From Deltaproteobacteria bacterium (GTDB lineage: Bacteria; Myxococcota_A; Polyangia; Nannocystales; Nannocystaceae), in assembly GCA_016709225.1 (NCBI GenBank), contig JADJEE010000012.1, positions 2,115,630 to 2,179,629 of the forward strand: a stretch of DNA of 64,000 bases, read 5' to 3'. The notes under the pieces were generated by a model, which was not told where the DNA came from, ran no database searches, and saw only the letters and a list, made by a program, of their open reading frames with translations. Shown piece after piece: positions 27,889 through 38,700 of the stretch; position 1 is the stretch's first letter; every line of letters begins with the position of its first letter. The position numbers were made by a program, and so were the translations under genes.

Positions 27889-29183
27889 GGATCCCTCACG
27901 AGTCGAATGCCCGAGAACTGCCAGCGTGCAGCCGGGTCGAAGAAGTTGCGGTACGTCGGGCGGACGTGCGAGCCCGGTGTGACACAAGATCCACCACGCA
28001 GCACGAACTGGTTGCACATGAATTTTCCGTTGTACTCGCCGAGTGCACCGGCGGGCGCGCGGTATCCGGGGTAGCCCCCATACGCGCTGGCAGTCCACTC
28101 CCAGGCATCGCCGAACAGCTGGGCGGGAAGCGAGGTCGCGGTGTCGCAATCCGTCACGGGGCACGGATGCAACCCGCCCACCTCGACGAAGTTACCGACC
28201 ATCGGAGCGCCCGCCGCGATCGACTCCCACTCCTGCTCGGTCGGCAGGCGTGCGTCGGCCCAGCGTGCATAGGCATCGGCCTCGAAGTAGCTGACGTGGG
28301 TCACCGGCGCCGCGAGCTCGAGCGGGCGCTGGCCGGCGAGCGTGAACTCCTCGAAGCCATCACCGGTCGCGCGCCAGTACGCGGGCGCGTCCCAGCCGTG
28401 CGTCATCACGGTGTCGTAGCCGATCGACAGCCACAGCTCGGGCCGGCGATAGCCGCCGTCCTCGACGAATGCGAGGAACTCGCCGTTGGTCACCAGCCGC
28501 GAGGCCAGCGCGAACGGCTGCAAGAACGCGCGGTGACGCGGGCCCTCGTTGTCGAAGGCGAAGCCGCGGCCGTCATGGCCGATCTCGACCACGCCGCCGT
28601 CGTCGGGCAGCCATCGCAGCGGTGTCGTCGCGACCGCTGGCCGCGTCGGCTGTTCGCGGTACACCGGCGCGATCTGGTTGCACGCGAACGCATGCAGCAG
28701 ATCGGTGAGGATCAGCTCCTGATGCTGCTGCTCGTGGTGCAGCCCCAGCTCCACGATCGCGAGCACTGCAGGCGGCAACGTGCCGGCCGCGAGCGCCCGA
28801 TCGATCGCGTCGTCGACGTGGGCGCGGAACGCCAGCACATCGGTGAGACCCGGACGCGAGAGCACGCCGCGGGACGGCCGCGGATGGGCCGGACCGACCG
28901 ACACGTAGTAGGAATTGAACAGCGCGGCGTAGCGTTCATCGAGCGGTCGGTAGCGCGGCACGTGGGGCCGCAGCACGAAGGTCTCGAAGAACCACGCGGT
29001 ATGGGCGAGGTGCCACTTCACCGGGCTGGCGTCCGGCATCGACTGGATCTGCATGTCCTCGGGCGACAGACCTGCGGTCAGCGCCGAGGTGGCCGAGCGC
29101 ACCGCTTGGTAGCTCGCGCGGGGATCGTCGGCGAAGGCCTGCGTGAGCGCGCGAGGAGGCGGCACGTGGGACGCATTCGTCAT
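27885..29183 (-). CDS. egtB: hercynine oxygenase / sulfoxide synthase (DinB_2 plus FGE-sulfatase fold), ergothioneine biosynthesis
   Basis: The N-terminal DinB-like region has a His triad (HLAHTAWFFE, HHEQQH). The C-terminal FGE/SUMF1-like domain has NVWEWT-type GDAWEWTASAY. An ATGA overlap with egtD indicates an operon. Confidence 0.85.
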   Translation of the reverse strand: MTNASHVPPPRALTQAFADDPRASYQAVRSATSALTAGLSPEDMQIQSMPDASPVKWHLAHTAWFFETFVLRPHVPRYRPLDERYAALFNSYYVSVGPAHPRPSRGVLSRPGLTDVLAFRAHVDDAIDRALAAGTLPPAVLAIVELGLHHEQQHQELILTDLLHAFACNQIAPVYREQPTRPAVATTPLRWLPDDGGVVEIGHDGRGFAFDNEGPRHRAFLQPFALASRLVTNGEFLAFVEDGGYRRPELWLSIGYDTVMTHGWDAPAYWRATGDGFEEFTLAGQRPLELAAPVTHVSYFEADAYARWADARLPTEQEWESIAAGAPMVGNFVEVGGLHPCPVTDCDTATSLPAQLFGDAWEWTASAYGGYPGYRAPAGALGEYNGKFMCNQFVLRGGSCVTPGSHVRPTYRNFFDPAARWQFSGIRLVRDP

Positions 29184-29312
29184 CGGGGCCCGCGAGGTTA
29201 CCGACCGCAGTCGAAAGCCGGCGCAGCAATCGACCCCGCGAACACGAGCACGCTCACGGCGAGCGGTGCGATCCTGCCCTCGGCGCGATCACGGTTACAC
29301 GCGTGCAACACC

Positions 29313-30281
29313 ATGGCGGTGGACGTGGCGCGATCATCGACGCTCGTCGGCGTGCTCGTGCTCGCAGCCTGCGTGCCGCTCGTGGACGGCACGGTCGCGC
29401 AGTCCGAGCCGCAGAGCACGGGTGAGCTCGGCGGCGACGCGCTCGACCCCTCGGCCACGAACGCCGAGTCCGGCGCCACCACGCCGCCCGATGCCAGCAC
29501 TGGCGATGGCACCGACGGCGCCGGCACCACCAGGGGCTCCGACGCCGAGGGCAGCACGGGCGTGCACGCCACCGACGGCTCCGACGGCAGCAATGACAGC
29601 AGCGGCAGCAACGGCGAGACGAGCGACCCCGACGGGTCGTCGTCGACCACCGCGTCGCCGCCCGCCGAGCTCGCGCACTATCGCATTCGCATCGACAACA
29701 CATGGTCGGAGCGCACCCACCCCGGCACGGATCCCAGCTTGGTGCCCGAGTACGCGCACTTCTCGTGGCTCGGCGGCGCGACCCACGACGACGGCGCGGA
29801 TTTCTGGGAGCTCGGTGCGCTCGCGAGCCCGGGCATGGTCCAGATGGCCGAGAGCGGCCTGACGCTGGTGTTGATGGACGAGGTCCAGGCTGCGATCGAC
29901 GGCGGCCATGCCGACGCCGCACTCAGCTGGCAGCAGTGGTTTTGTCCGCCCGCGACCGACGTGCCCGGCTGCGGCGAGCCCGAGGTCGAGATCGACGTCA
30001 CGCAGGCCTTCTCCCGCGTGACGCTGGTGAGCATGCTGGGACCGAGCCCCGATCTGTTCATCGGTGTCGACGGCCTGTCGCTGTTCGTCGACGGCGCGTG
30101 GGTGCAGACCCTCGTCGTCGACCTGCACCCCTACGACGGCGGCACCCGGAGCGACCACGACTTCACGATGGATGGCGCGCTGCAGCTGCCACCGCTGCCG
30201 ATCAGCGTCATCGCGTCGACCGACGACCACATCCTGGGCCCCGGCTCGCTCGGCACGATGACGTTCGAACGGCTGTGGTGA
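29313..30281 (+). CDS. spondin_N-domain lipoprotein
   Basis: MAVDVARSSTLVGVLVLAACV (lipobox) is followed by a Thr/Gly/Asp linker. The C-terminal 200 aa (HYRIRIDNTWSERTHPG…FSWLGGATHDDGADFWELG) matches the spondin N-terminal domain. It is divergent from egtB with about a 130-bp intergenic region. Confidence 0.7.
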   Translation: MAVDVARSSTLVGVLVLAACVPLVDGTVAQSEPQSTGELGGDALDPSATNAESGATTPPDASTGDGTDGAGTTRGSDAEGSTGVHATDGSDGSNDSSGSNGETSDPDGSSSTTASPPAELAHYRIRIDNTWSERTHPGTDPSLVPEYAHFSWLGGATHDDGADFWELGALASPGMVQMAESGLTLVLMDEVQAAIDGGHADAALSWQQWFCPPATDVPGCGEPEVEIDVTQAFSRVTLVSMLGPSPDLFIGVDGLSLFVDGAWVQTLVVDLHPYDGGTRSDHDFTMDGALQLPPLPISVIASTDDHILGPGSLGTMTFERLW

Positions 30282-30494
30282 TGGCCCCCGCACGCGGGGA
30301 TGGTTTCGAGCGGGCGCCGGCGGCACATCGTTTGGGTCGATCGCGGGATTTCTCGACCTCGACGGGGGCAACGACGCGTCGTCGGTGATACACCTCGGCC
30401 CACGATGGGGGGTTCGAGCAAGCTTCGCCGCACACTCGCAACGCATCGCTCGCAGGGCCGTGGGTCCACGCGCGGGTTCTCGCCGTGGCGCACG

Positions 30495-32090
30495 ATGTCG
30501 ATGGCGTTCGCGTTCGCGTTCGCGCTCGCTGGCCACGCCCATGCGGGCCCCGCGACCCCGGCGACCCCGTCCGAGAAGGCGGAGCAGGAGCCGATCGCCG
30601 CGCCCGACTCGCCGCAGGCGGTCGTCGACGCGTTCCTCGAGCTGGGCGATCGCGGCGAGTTCGAGGAGGCTGCTGCCTATGTCGATCTCGGGCGTGGCGA
30701 CGCAGCTCAGGGCCCCGAGCTCGCGCGACGGCTGCACGCGGTGCTGTCGCGGTCCGCCTCGATCAACCCCGAGCTGCTGTCGGGCAAGCCCGAGGGCGAT
30801 GTTGCCGACGGCCTGCCGCGCACGGTCGAGCGCATCGGGGAGATCGTCCCCGAGGGCGGCGACGAGGCCGAGGCGGTCGACGTGCTGCTGCAGCGTCGCA
30901 GCCGCGGGACCCCACGCTGGGTGTTCTCGCGCAAGACCGTGCAGAACGTCGATGCGTGGTACGAGTCGCTGCACGATCGCTGGCTGATCGACAACTTGCC
31001 CGAGCCGCTGCTGCGCACCGGCTGGGGCGGCCTCGCGTACTGGCAGTGGCTCGCGCTGCCGGGCTGGCTCGCGTTGGCGTGGTTCGCCGGCTGGGCGCTG
31101 GGCCGCATCACGCGACGCATGGTCGGACCGCTGGTCGCGCGCACGCGGACCGAGGCCGACGACATGCTGCTACGGCGGTTCTCTGGCCCGCTCACGCTGC
31201 TGTGGACGCTGGCGGTGTGCCGCGTGACGCTGCCGCTGCTGTCGCTGCTGCCGCGCCCGGAGGCGCTGATGCACGAGATCTTCGGCGCGGTGCTGGTGCT
31301 GCTGGTGTTCTGGGGGGCGCTGCGCGCGGTCGATCTCCTCGCCGACATGGTCAACCGCTCCAGCTGGGCCGCGGCGCGCAGCGGCACCAAGGCCCTGCTG
31401 CCGCTGGCCTCTCGCATCGTCAAGGTCGTGGTCGGTGCGCTCGCGATCGTCGCGGTGTTCGCCAAGCTCGACTACCCCATCGCGAGCCTGCTCGCGGGCC
31501 TCGGCATCGGCGGTCTCGCGGTCGCTCTGGCCGCGCAGAAGAGCTTCGAGAACCTCATCGGTGCGTTCGCGATCGGGGCCGATCAGCCCTTCCGCGAGGG
31601 CGACTTCGTGCGGGTCGAGGACTTCGTCGGCACCGTCGAGGCCATCGGCCTGCGATCGACCCGGTTTCGCACCCTCGATCGTACCGTCATCACGATCCCC
31701 AACGGCAAGCTCGCCGACATGCGACTCGAGACCTTGGCTGCCCGCGATCGCCTGCGCCTGGCGTGCACGCTCGGCCTCACCTACGGCACCACCGAGGCGC
31801 AGATCCGCGAGATGCTCGAGGGCCTGCGCACGATCCTCGCCGAGCACCCCAAGACGTGGAAGGACAACATCATGGTCCGCTTCGTCGGCTTCGGCGCCTC
31901 GTCGCTCGACCTCGAGATCATGGTGTGGTTCGCGACCTCGGACTGGAACGAGTTCGTCGCGCTGCGCGAGGACGTGCTGCTGGCGTTCATGGGCGTGGTC
32001 GAGCGCGCGGGCAGCTCGTTCGCGTTCCCGACCCGCACGGTGCACCTCGTGCACGATGCCGTGGGCGAGCGACCCGCCGGCCCGGGCTGA
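30495..32090 (+). CDS. mechanosensitive ion channel, MscS family (large periplasmic N-terminal extension)
   Basis: The signal peptide is MSMAFAFAFALAGHAHA. There are three or more TM helices, then the MscS beta-domain motif FREGDFVRVEDFVGTVEAIGLRSTRFRTLDRTVITIPNGKL. An alternative ATG lies at 30405. Confidence 0.8.
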   Translation: MSMAFAFAFALAGHAHAGPATPATPSEKAEQEPIAAPDSPQAVVDAFLELGDRGEFEEAAAYVDLGRGDAAQGPELARRLHAVLSRSASINPELLSGKPEGDVADGLPRTVERIGEIVPEGGDEAEAVDVLLQRRSRGTPRWVFSRKTVQNVDAWYESLHDRWLIDNLPEPLLRTGWGGLAYWQWLALPGWLALAWFAGWALGRITRRMVGPLVARTRTEADDMLLRRFSGPLTLLWTLAVCRVTLPLLSLLPRPEALMHEIFGAVLVLLVFWGALRAVDLLADMVNRSSWAAARSGTKALLPLASRIVKVVVGALAIVAVFAKLDYPIASLLAGLGIGGLAVALAAQKSFENLIGAFAIGADQPFREGDFVRVEDFVGTVEAIGLRSTRFRTLDRTVITIPNGKLADMRLETLAARDRLRLACTLGLTYGTTEAQIREMLEGLRTILAEHPKTWKDNIMVRFVGFGASSLDLEIMVWFATSDWNEFVALREDVLLAFMGVVERAGSSFAFPTRTVHLVHDAVGERPAGPG

Positions 32091-32302
32091 CGACGACCCT
32101 CGCGGACGGCACGGACCGGCGGGCCCGGCTCGGGCACGGTTCTCCCGCTGGGTCACGTAGCCAGCGCTCACGTCGGTCGCGGAGTCGACGATGCGTCAGC
32201 CGGTCATGTCCGTGCGATGCATCGACGCGAAGGGTGCAACGAAGCGCCATCGCGAGCCGACCCGGGTTGCCGCAGCGGGACGACCCGCGCGGAGGATCCG
32301 TG

Positions 32303-32587
32303 ATGAAGACGCGAGAGTGGTTGCTTGGAGGTCTGTTGGTCGTGCTCGGTGCGTGCGCGAGCGCGGGCGCGGAGGACAAGGTCCGGCATCAGGCGGGCTA
32401 CGATCTACAATGTGAAGAGGCGAGCATCGAGCTCACCAAGATCAGCGACGATCACAAGTTCATGGGCGTGAAGAACGCCACGTGGGGTGCACGCGGCTGT
32501 GAGCGGCAGGCGTCGTACAAGACGTCGTGTGGGCTCGGCTCGTGTACCGTGCTCACGCAGTCGCAGGCCGCCGACATCGCCCACTGA
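32303..32587 (+). CDS. small hypothetical lipoprotein (94 aa, 5 Cys)
   Basis: The ATG at 32303 gives MKTREWLLGGLLVVLGACASAG (lipobox), with good GC3. It is the in-frame tail of the junk track ORF 30485..32587. Confidence 0.5.
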   Translation: MKTREWLLGGLLVVLGACASAGAEDKVRHQAGYDLQCEEASIELTKISDDHKFMGVKNATWGARGCERQASYKTSCGLGSCTVLTQSQAADIAH

Positions 32588-32595
32588 CCAATCAC

Positions 32596-32622
32596 GGTGG
32601 GACGCCGGCAGCGCGCGGCCCA
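32596..32622. terminator. GC-rich imperfect hairpin between the convergent small lipoprotein gene and nadA (putative bidirectional terminator)
   Basis: gtgggacgccggcagcgcgcggcccac has GTGGG/CCCAC and CGCCG/CGGC arms. Confidence 0.3.
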
Positions 32623-32641
32623 CTTTGCATCGACGGCGCCG

Positions 32642-33586
32642 CTACGACAGCGCGAGCATGCGGTCGATCGGCGCCTTGGCGGCCTCGCGCAGCGCGACCG
32701 GCATGTCGAGCTCGGGCGACATGTCACGCAGGCACACGTAGAGCTTCTCGAGCGTGTTGAGCCGCATGAAGGGGCACTCGTTGCACGCGCACTGGGCCTG
32801 CGGCGGCGCGGGCACGAAGGTCTTGTGCGGGGCCTGCTTGGTCATCTGTGTGAGGATGCCGGCCTCGGTCACGACGATGAATGTGGCGTGCGGCGAGTTC
32901 ACGGCGTACTCGAGCAGCCTCGTGGTCGAGCCGATGAAGTCGGCCATCGCCAGCACCTGCGGCTCGCACTCGGGGTGCGCGATGACCTGGGCGGTCGGGT
33001 GCTCGGCCTTGAGCGCGATCAGCTTTCGCTCGCTGAAGGTCTCGTGCACGATGCACGAGCCCGGCCACAGGATCATCTCGCGGCCGGTCTGCTGCATGAG
33101 CCAGCGGCCGAGGTTGCGGTCGGGTGCGAACAGGATCGGTGTGCCCTCGGGCACCGAGTTCACCACCTTCACTGCGTTCGACGAGGTGCAGATGATGTCG
33201 CTGGCGGCCTTCACCTCGGCGGTGCAGTTGATGTAGCTGATGGCGACCGCACCCGGGTGGCGCTCGCGCCAGGCCTTGAACCGATCGCCGGGGCAGCCGC
33301 TGGCGAGCGAGCAACCCGCGTCGAGGTCGGGCAAGAGCACCGTCCGCGTGGGATTGAGGATCTTCGCGGTCTCGGCCATGAAGTGGACGCCGCAGAACAC
33401 GATGACGTCGGCGGTGGTGTCGCGCGCGGCCTGGGCCAGCTGCAGCGAGTCGCCGATGAAGTCCGCCAAGCCCTGGATCTCGCTCTCCTGGTAGTAGTGC
33501 GCGAGGATCACCGCGTTGCGCTCCCGCTTGAGGCGCAGGATCTCGTCCTCGAGATCGAGCCGTGGATCGACGTAGGGCTGTTCCAT
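32642..33586 (-). CDS. nadA: quinolinate synthase A
   Basis: The NadA length and motifs are present ([21 protein letters not shown], the Cys triad region CxxC…C). The ATG at 33586 gives [11 protein letters not shown]. The upstream 74 aa of the track ORF (GTG start) is low-complexity. Confidence 0.9.
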   Translation of the reverse strand: MEQPYVDPRLDLEDEILRLKRERNAVILAHYYQESEIQGLADFIGDSLQLAQAARDTTADVIVFCGVHFMAETAKILNPTRTVLLPDLDAGCSLASGCPGDRFKAWRERHPGAVAISYINCTAEVKAASDIICTSSNAVKVVNSVPEGTPILFAPDRNLGRWLMQQTGREMILWPGSCIVHETFSERKLIALKAEHPTAQVIAHPECEPQVLAMADFIGSTTRLLEYAVNSPHATFIVVTEAGILTQMTKQAPHKTFVPAPPQAQCACNECPFMRLNTLEKLYVCLRDMSPELDMPVALREAAKAPIDRMLALS

Positions 33587-33901
33587 CTGCGCGGGCAGTG
33601 TACTACCCGCCGGGCACGCGGCCATGCGATCACACACGCGACGGCTCACCTCGTCGGGCGGTGGCGGGCGGGCGACTACGGATGCCCGTGGTTCAGCCGG
33701 CGCGGTGCCAGCGGCCGGTGACCCGACGCGCGACCGCAGCGCCCCGCTCGAAGGCCCGCGCGCACGGGAACCGTCCGGTATCGGCGCACGAAACATCCGG
33801 TCGCTCACCTCCGTACCTCGTCACGCGGCACGAGCGCGACTTGACGGGCAGCGTCGCTACGCTAAGGATTGACTGACCGTTCAACCAAAAACCCCCGCGC
33901 C

Positions 33902-34546
33902 ATGCCCCGCTCCACCAAAGAGAACGCCGAGCTCCGTGAGGTGCGTCGCCGCCACATCCTCGATGCGGCGCTGCGCGTGTTCGCAGCCAAGGGCCTCGCA
34001 CGCGCGAAGGTGGCCGACATCGCCCGTGAGGCGAACTTCAGCCACGGCCTGCTGTACCACTACTTCGCCGGCAAGGAGGCCGTGTTCGAGGCGCTGGTGG
34101 CCGAGGTCATGGAGCGCATCGACGCCGATCTGGCCCCCACCACCGAGCGGGCGATCGATCGCATCACGGCCTCGATCACGCGGCGCTGCGAGATGCTCGA
34201 TGGGCCCGACCCGGTACGGGTCGTGATGCATGCGGTCTTCCAGGGCGAAGTCGGCACCCCCGAGCTCCGCGCGCGCCTGAGCAAGCACATGGTTCGCCTC
34301 CGTCGCCGCCTTCGCGACCTCATCGCGCGGGCGCAACGCGAAGGTGACATCGATCCGAACATCGACGCCGACGAGATCGGCCGACTGCTGATGTTCCTCT
34401 TCCGCGGCCTGTCGATCGACGTGCCGCACCATCCGCTACCGCGCCCGGCCGCGGAGACCATTCTGCACCTGCTGGCCCCCGGCCGGCGCGGCGCCCCGCG
34501 CTGGGCCGCGCAAACCACGACTCGTTCACGGCGAACCGGAACATGA
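33902..34546 (+). CDS. TetR/AcrR family transcriptional regulator (likely repressor of the downstream RND efflux operon)
   Basis: The N-terminal HTH is LRVFAAKGLARAKVADIAREANFSHGLLYHYF. The ATG is at 33902; the track start at 33869 is a TTG within the low-GC promoter region. The stop overlaps the MFP start (ATGA). Confidence 0.8.
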   Translation: MPRSTKENAELREVRRRHILDAALRVFAAKGLARAKVADIAREANFSHGLLYHYFAGKEAVFEALVAEVMERIDADLAPTTERAIDRITASITRRCEMLDGPDPVRVVMHAVFQGEVGTPELRARLSKHMVRLRRRLRDLIARAQREGDIDPNIDADEIGRLLMFLFRGLSIDVPHHPLPRPAAETILHLLAPGRRGAPRWAAQTTTRSRRTGT

Positions 34547-35754
34547 CACGCACGTTCACCCTCGCGAGCGCAGCTCTGCTGACGACGCTCATCCTCCCGC
34601 TCGGCGGCTGCACCAAGGCGAAGACCGCCGAGGTGGTCCAGCGCGACGAGGCCGCGCCGGTCGACATCCACGTCGCGGCGGTGCGCAAGATCATCCGCCC
34701 GGCCGAGCTCGTGCTCGACGGTACCCTGCTCGCCGACGAAGAGTCGCGTGTGACTTCGGTGGTCTCGGGCCGCGTGGTCGAGGTCTTCGTGGAGCGTGGC
34801 AGCCGGGTCGAGGCCGACGCGCCGCTCATCCGCCTGCGCGACGTCGACTACGAGCTCGCGGCCAAGGCCGCGCGGGACCAGCTCGCACAGGCGCGCGCGC
34901 GCCTCGGCATCAAGGCCAACGGCGGCGCCCCCTCGCCCGAGACCCTGCCCGACGTGCAGGCGGCCAAGGCCGAGGCCAAGCTGGCACAGAGCGAGCTCGA
35001 GCGCAGCGAGAAGCTCGTCACCAGCGGCGCGGTCTCGGCCAGCGATCTCGATCAGCTCCGCACGCGCGCGGCGTCGGCACAGGACCGCTACCAGAGCGCG
35101 CTGAACTCCGCGCGCGCGCAGGTCGCCGCGGTCTCCGCCGCCAAGACCTCGCTCGAGCAGGCGCAGACCCAGCGCGACGAGGCGCTGGTGCGAGCCCCGT
35201 TCGCGGGCGAGATCGCCGACCGCCTGGTCTCGGTCGGCGAGTACGTCTCGCCGCAGACCGCGTTGGTGCACCTGGTCCGCGTGCAGCCGCTACGCATCGA
35301 GCTCGCGGTCCCGCAGCAGCACCTGCAGCAGGTACAGCCCGGTCAGAAGGTGACACTGCGCATCGACGCGATCGCCGAGCGTACCTTCGAAGCCACCGTG
35401 CGCTACGTCAGTGCGTCGGTCGAGCGCAACACCCGTGCGCTCACCGTCGAGGCGGTGGTACCCAACGACGACGGCGTGCTGCGCCCAGGCCTGTTCGCCA
35501 CCGCACGGCTGCAGACCGGCGAGCGGCAGACCGTGAGCGAGCTGCCCGCCGAAGCGGTCCGTACCGCCGCGGGCGTGTCGCGGGTGTTCGTCGTCAACGG
35601 CAGCAGCATCACCGAGCGTGTGGTCTCGATCGCCGATCGCGTCGGCGACAAGATCATCATCGCCGAGGGCCTCGGCGAGGGCGAACGCGTGGCGATCGAC
35701 GGCTTCGACAAGCTGGGCGATGGCGTCGCGGTGAACGTGCTGGACGCGGAGTAG
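34543..35754 (+). CDS. RND efflux periplasmic adaptor (membrane fusion protein, HlyD family), lipoprotein
   Basis: The N-terminus is MTRTFTLASAALLTTLILPLGGC (lipobox). Coiled-coil hairpin, lipoyl and beta-barrel regions are typical of AcrA/MexA. Confidence 0.85.
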   Translation: MTRTFTLASAALLTTLILPLGGCTKAKTAEVVQRDEAAPVDIHVAAVRKIIRPAELVLDGTLLADEESRVTSVVSGRVVEVFVERGSRVEADAPLIRLRDVDYELAAKAARDQLAQARARLGIKANGGAPSPETLPDVQAAKAEAKLAQSELERSEKLVTSGAVSASDLDQLRTRAASAQDRYQSALNSARAQVAAVSAAKTSLEQAQTQRDEALVRAPFAGEIADRLVSVGEYVSPQTALVHLVRVQPLRIELAVPQQHLQQVQPGQKVTLRIDAIAERTFEATVRYVSASVERNTRALTVEAVVPNDDGVLRPGLFATARLQTGERQTVSELPAEAVRTAAGVSRVFVVNGSSITERVVSIADRVGDKIIIAEGLGEGERVAIDGFDKLGDGVAVNVLDAE

Positions 35755-35764
35755 GAACCGAATC

Positions 35765-38700
35765 ATGCAGTGGCTCGCACGCATCTGTGTTCGGCACCCC
35801 GTGTTCACGTGGGTGCTGGTGCTCGCACTCTCGGTGTTCGGCATCGCCAGCGTCTCGGAGCTCGGCGTCGACCGATTCCCCAAGATCGACTTTCCCGCGA
35901 TCGTGGTGACCACGGTATTGCCCGGCGCGTCGCCGGAGCAGATCGAGACCGAAGTCACCGAGCGCATCGAAGAGCAGCTGAACTCGATCGCCGGTCTCGA
36001 CGAGCTGACCTCGAACTCGTACGAGGGCTTCAGCGTCGTGATGGCGCGCTTCGACCTCGAGAAGAGCCTCGGCGAGGCCTCCGAGGAGGTCCGCGACCGC
36101 GTCGCCCGCGTGGTCTCGACGCTGCCCGAGGGTGTCGAGCAGCCCCGGGTCGAGCGCATCGATCCCGACGCGGCGCCGGTCATGTTGGTCGCCGTCCGCA
36201 GCACCCGCTCGCTGCTCGAGGTCACCGACTACGCCGACCGCGTCATCCGCCGACGCATCGAGTCGCTCGGCGGCGTCGGTGGCATCTCGCTCTCGGGCAG
36301 CCGTGAGCGCGAGATCCAGGTGGTGGTCGATCCGCGCAAGCTGGCCGGCGTCGACCTCACCGTGCGCGACGTCCAGCGCGCGCTGGCAGCCGAGAATGTC
36401 GAGATTCCCGGCGGCAACGTCGACCAGGGCGAGCGCACACTGCAGCTGCGCGTGGCCGGCCGCATCGCCGATCCCCGCGAGTTCGAGGCCATCCCGGTGG
36501 CGCTGCGCGGTGGCACCGTCATCCGCATCCGCGACGTCGCGGCGGTGCGTGACGTCGGCCGCGACCCGGAGTCGTTCGCCACCATCGACGGCGAGTCGGT
36601 GGTCGTGCTGAACGTGCGCAAGCAGTCGGGCGCCAACACCGTCGCGGTGGTCGAGGCCCTGCGCGAGCGCATCGCCGAGGTCGAGCGCGAGATCCCGCCG
36701 AGCTATCGGCTCGAGATCGTGCGCGACGAGAGCGAGTTCATCTCGAACTCCATCCACGCCGTCGAGGAGCACCTCGTCATCGGCTCGATCTTCGCGGCGC
36801 TGGTGGTGTTGGCGTTCCTGCGCAACGGTCGCTCGACCATCATCGCGGCGCTGGCGATCCCCATCTCCATCATCTCGACCTTCACGCTGATCAACGCGCT
36901 GGGCCTCACGCTCAACATGATCACGCTGCTGGGCCTCACGCTGTCGGTCGGTATCGTCATCGACGACGCGATCGTGGTGCTCGAGAACATCGTGCGGTTC
37001 ATCGAGGAGAAGGGCTACTCCCCCAGTCGTGCTGCGGTCGTGGCGACCCAGGAGATCGGGCTCGCGGTGCTGGCGACCTCGCTGTCGCTGATCGCGGTGT
37101 TCCTGCCGATCGCGTTCATGAGCGGCATCATCGGCCGCTTCATGGGCAGCTTCGGCTTCACGATGTCGTTCTCGATCCTGGTGTCGATGTTCGTGTCGTT
37201 CACGCTGACGCCGATGTTGTGTGCGCGCTGGCTCAAGGGGCCCGTGCGTCCGCAGCACCCCGCCGGCGAGGCCGCACCGATGGCACCCCACGACGTCGGC
37301 CATCCCGTCGCCGCTGCGGTCACGGTGCCGCTCGACGACGACGACATGGGCTTCATCCCCGACCCGGCCCCGGGCGATCGCAAGCTCGAGCGGGCGGAGT
37401 TCCGCGCGTGGGCCCGAGGTGAGCGCACGGTCGCGCAAGTGCTCGCCGCCGGCGGCCACCAGGAGCACAACGGTCGCTTCTATCGCTTGCTCGAGACCGG
37501 CTACCTGCGCCTGTTGGCGTGGTCGATGCGCTATCGCTGGGCGGTCGCGATCGTGCTGGTCGCGGCCATGGCCTCGCTGGGCCCGCTCATCAAGGCCACG
37601 CCGAAGAACTTCCTGCCGAACGAGGACGAGTCGCGCTTCGAGATCACGATCCGCGCCCCCGAGGGCACCGCGCTGGCTCAGACCGCGCTGTTCGGTGAAC
37701 GCCTGGCGCGGGCGGTGAAGACCCAGCCCGAGGTCACGACCACCGTGCTCACCGTCGGCGCACCCGCAGGTGACCTGTCGGGTCGCGGGCCCAACCAGGC
37801 TTCGCTGTACGTTCGCATGATCCCGGCCGACCAGCGCGAGCTCTCGCAGGACGAGTTCATCGTGAAGGTCCGCGAGGAGGTGCTCGCGGGCGTGCTGCCC
37901 GACGACGTGACCGTGCTGATCTCGCCGATCGCCCCGTTCGGCGGCTCCGGCCAGCAGGCCGCACCGGTGCAGTACATCATCTCGGGCCCCGACATCGCGA
38001 AGCTCGACGAGTACACGCAGGAGATGCTGCGCCGCGTGCGGGAGATCCCCGGCGTGAGCGAGGCCAGCACGTCGCTCATCACCGGCCGCCCGGCGTATGC
38101 GGTCCGGGTCGACCGTCGGCGCGCCGCCGACCTCGGGGTCTCGATCGCCGAGGTCGCCAACGCGTTGCGTCTGCTGGTCGGTGGCCTCGCGGTCAGCGAC
38201 TTCAGCGAGTCGGGCGAGCGCTACGACGTCATCGTCCGTGCCGAGCTCGGCGCGCGCGGTCGGCCCGAGCAGATCGCCCAGATGACGGTGGCGTCGCAGA
38301 CCGGACGTCCGGTGCGACTGTCCGACGTCGCGACCATCGAGGAGACCACCGGCCCGGCGGTCATCACCCACTTCGGCCGCGAGCGGCAAGCGACGATCTT
38401 CATCAACACCCTGCCCGGCTCTTCGGAGCAAGACATCATCGACGCGCTCGAGCGCATCCGCGTCGAGCTCGACCTCGAGCCCGGCTACCGCGGCCAGCTC
38501 TATGGTCGATCGCGCGAGCTCGGTCGCGCGATGCAGAGCTTCTTGGTGGCGGTGATCCTGTCGTTCACCTTCATGTACCTGGTGCTCGCGGCGCAGTTCG
38601 AGAGCTGGCTGCTGCCCGTCACGATCATGGCCTCGCTACCGCTGACGCTGCCGTTCGCGGTGTTCTCGCTGCTCGTGCTCGGACAGTCGCTGAACCTCTA

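Noticed and set aside
27873-29312. First 480 codons of plus-strand ORF 27873..30281
   Set aside because: It is antisense to egtB. Only the in-frame tail from the ATG at 29313 (the spondin_N lipoprotein) is protein-like.
30485-32302. First 606 codons of plus-strand ORF 30485..32587
   Set aside because: It overlaps the MscS gene in another frame with an Arg/Gly-rich composition. Only the final 94 codons (the small lipoprotein) are kept.
35657-38431. 924-aa minus-strand ORF
   Set aside because: It is antisense to the RND permease gene, Arg/Asp/Gly-rich, with no domains.
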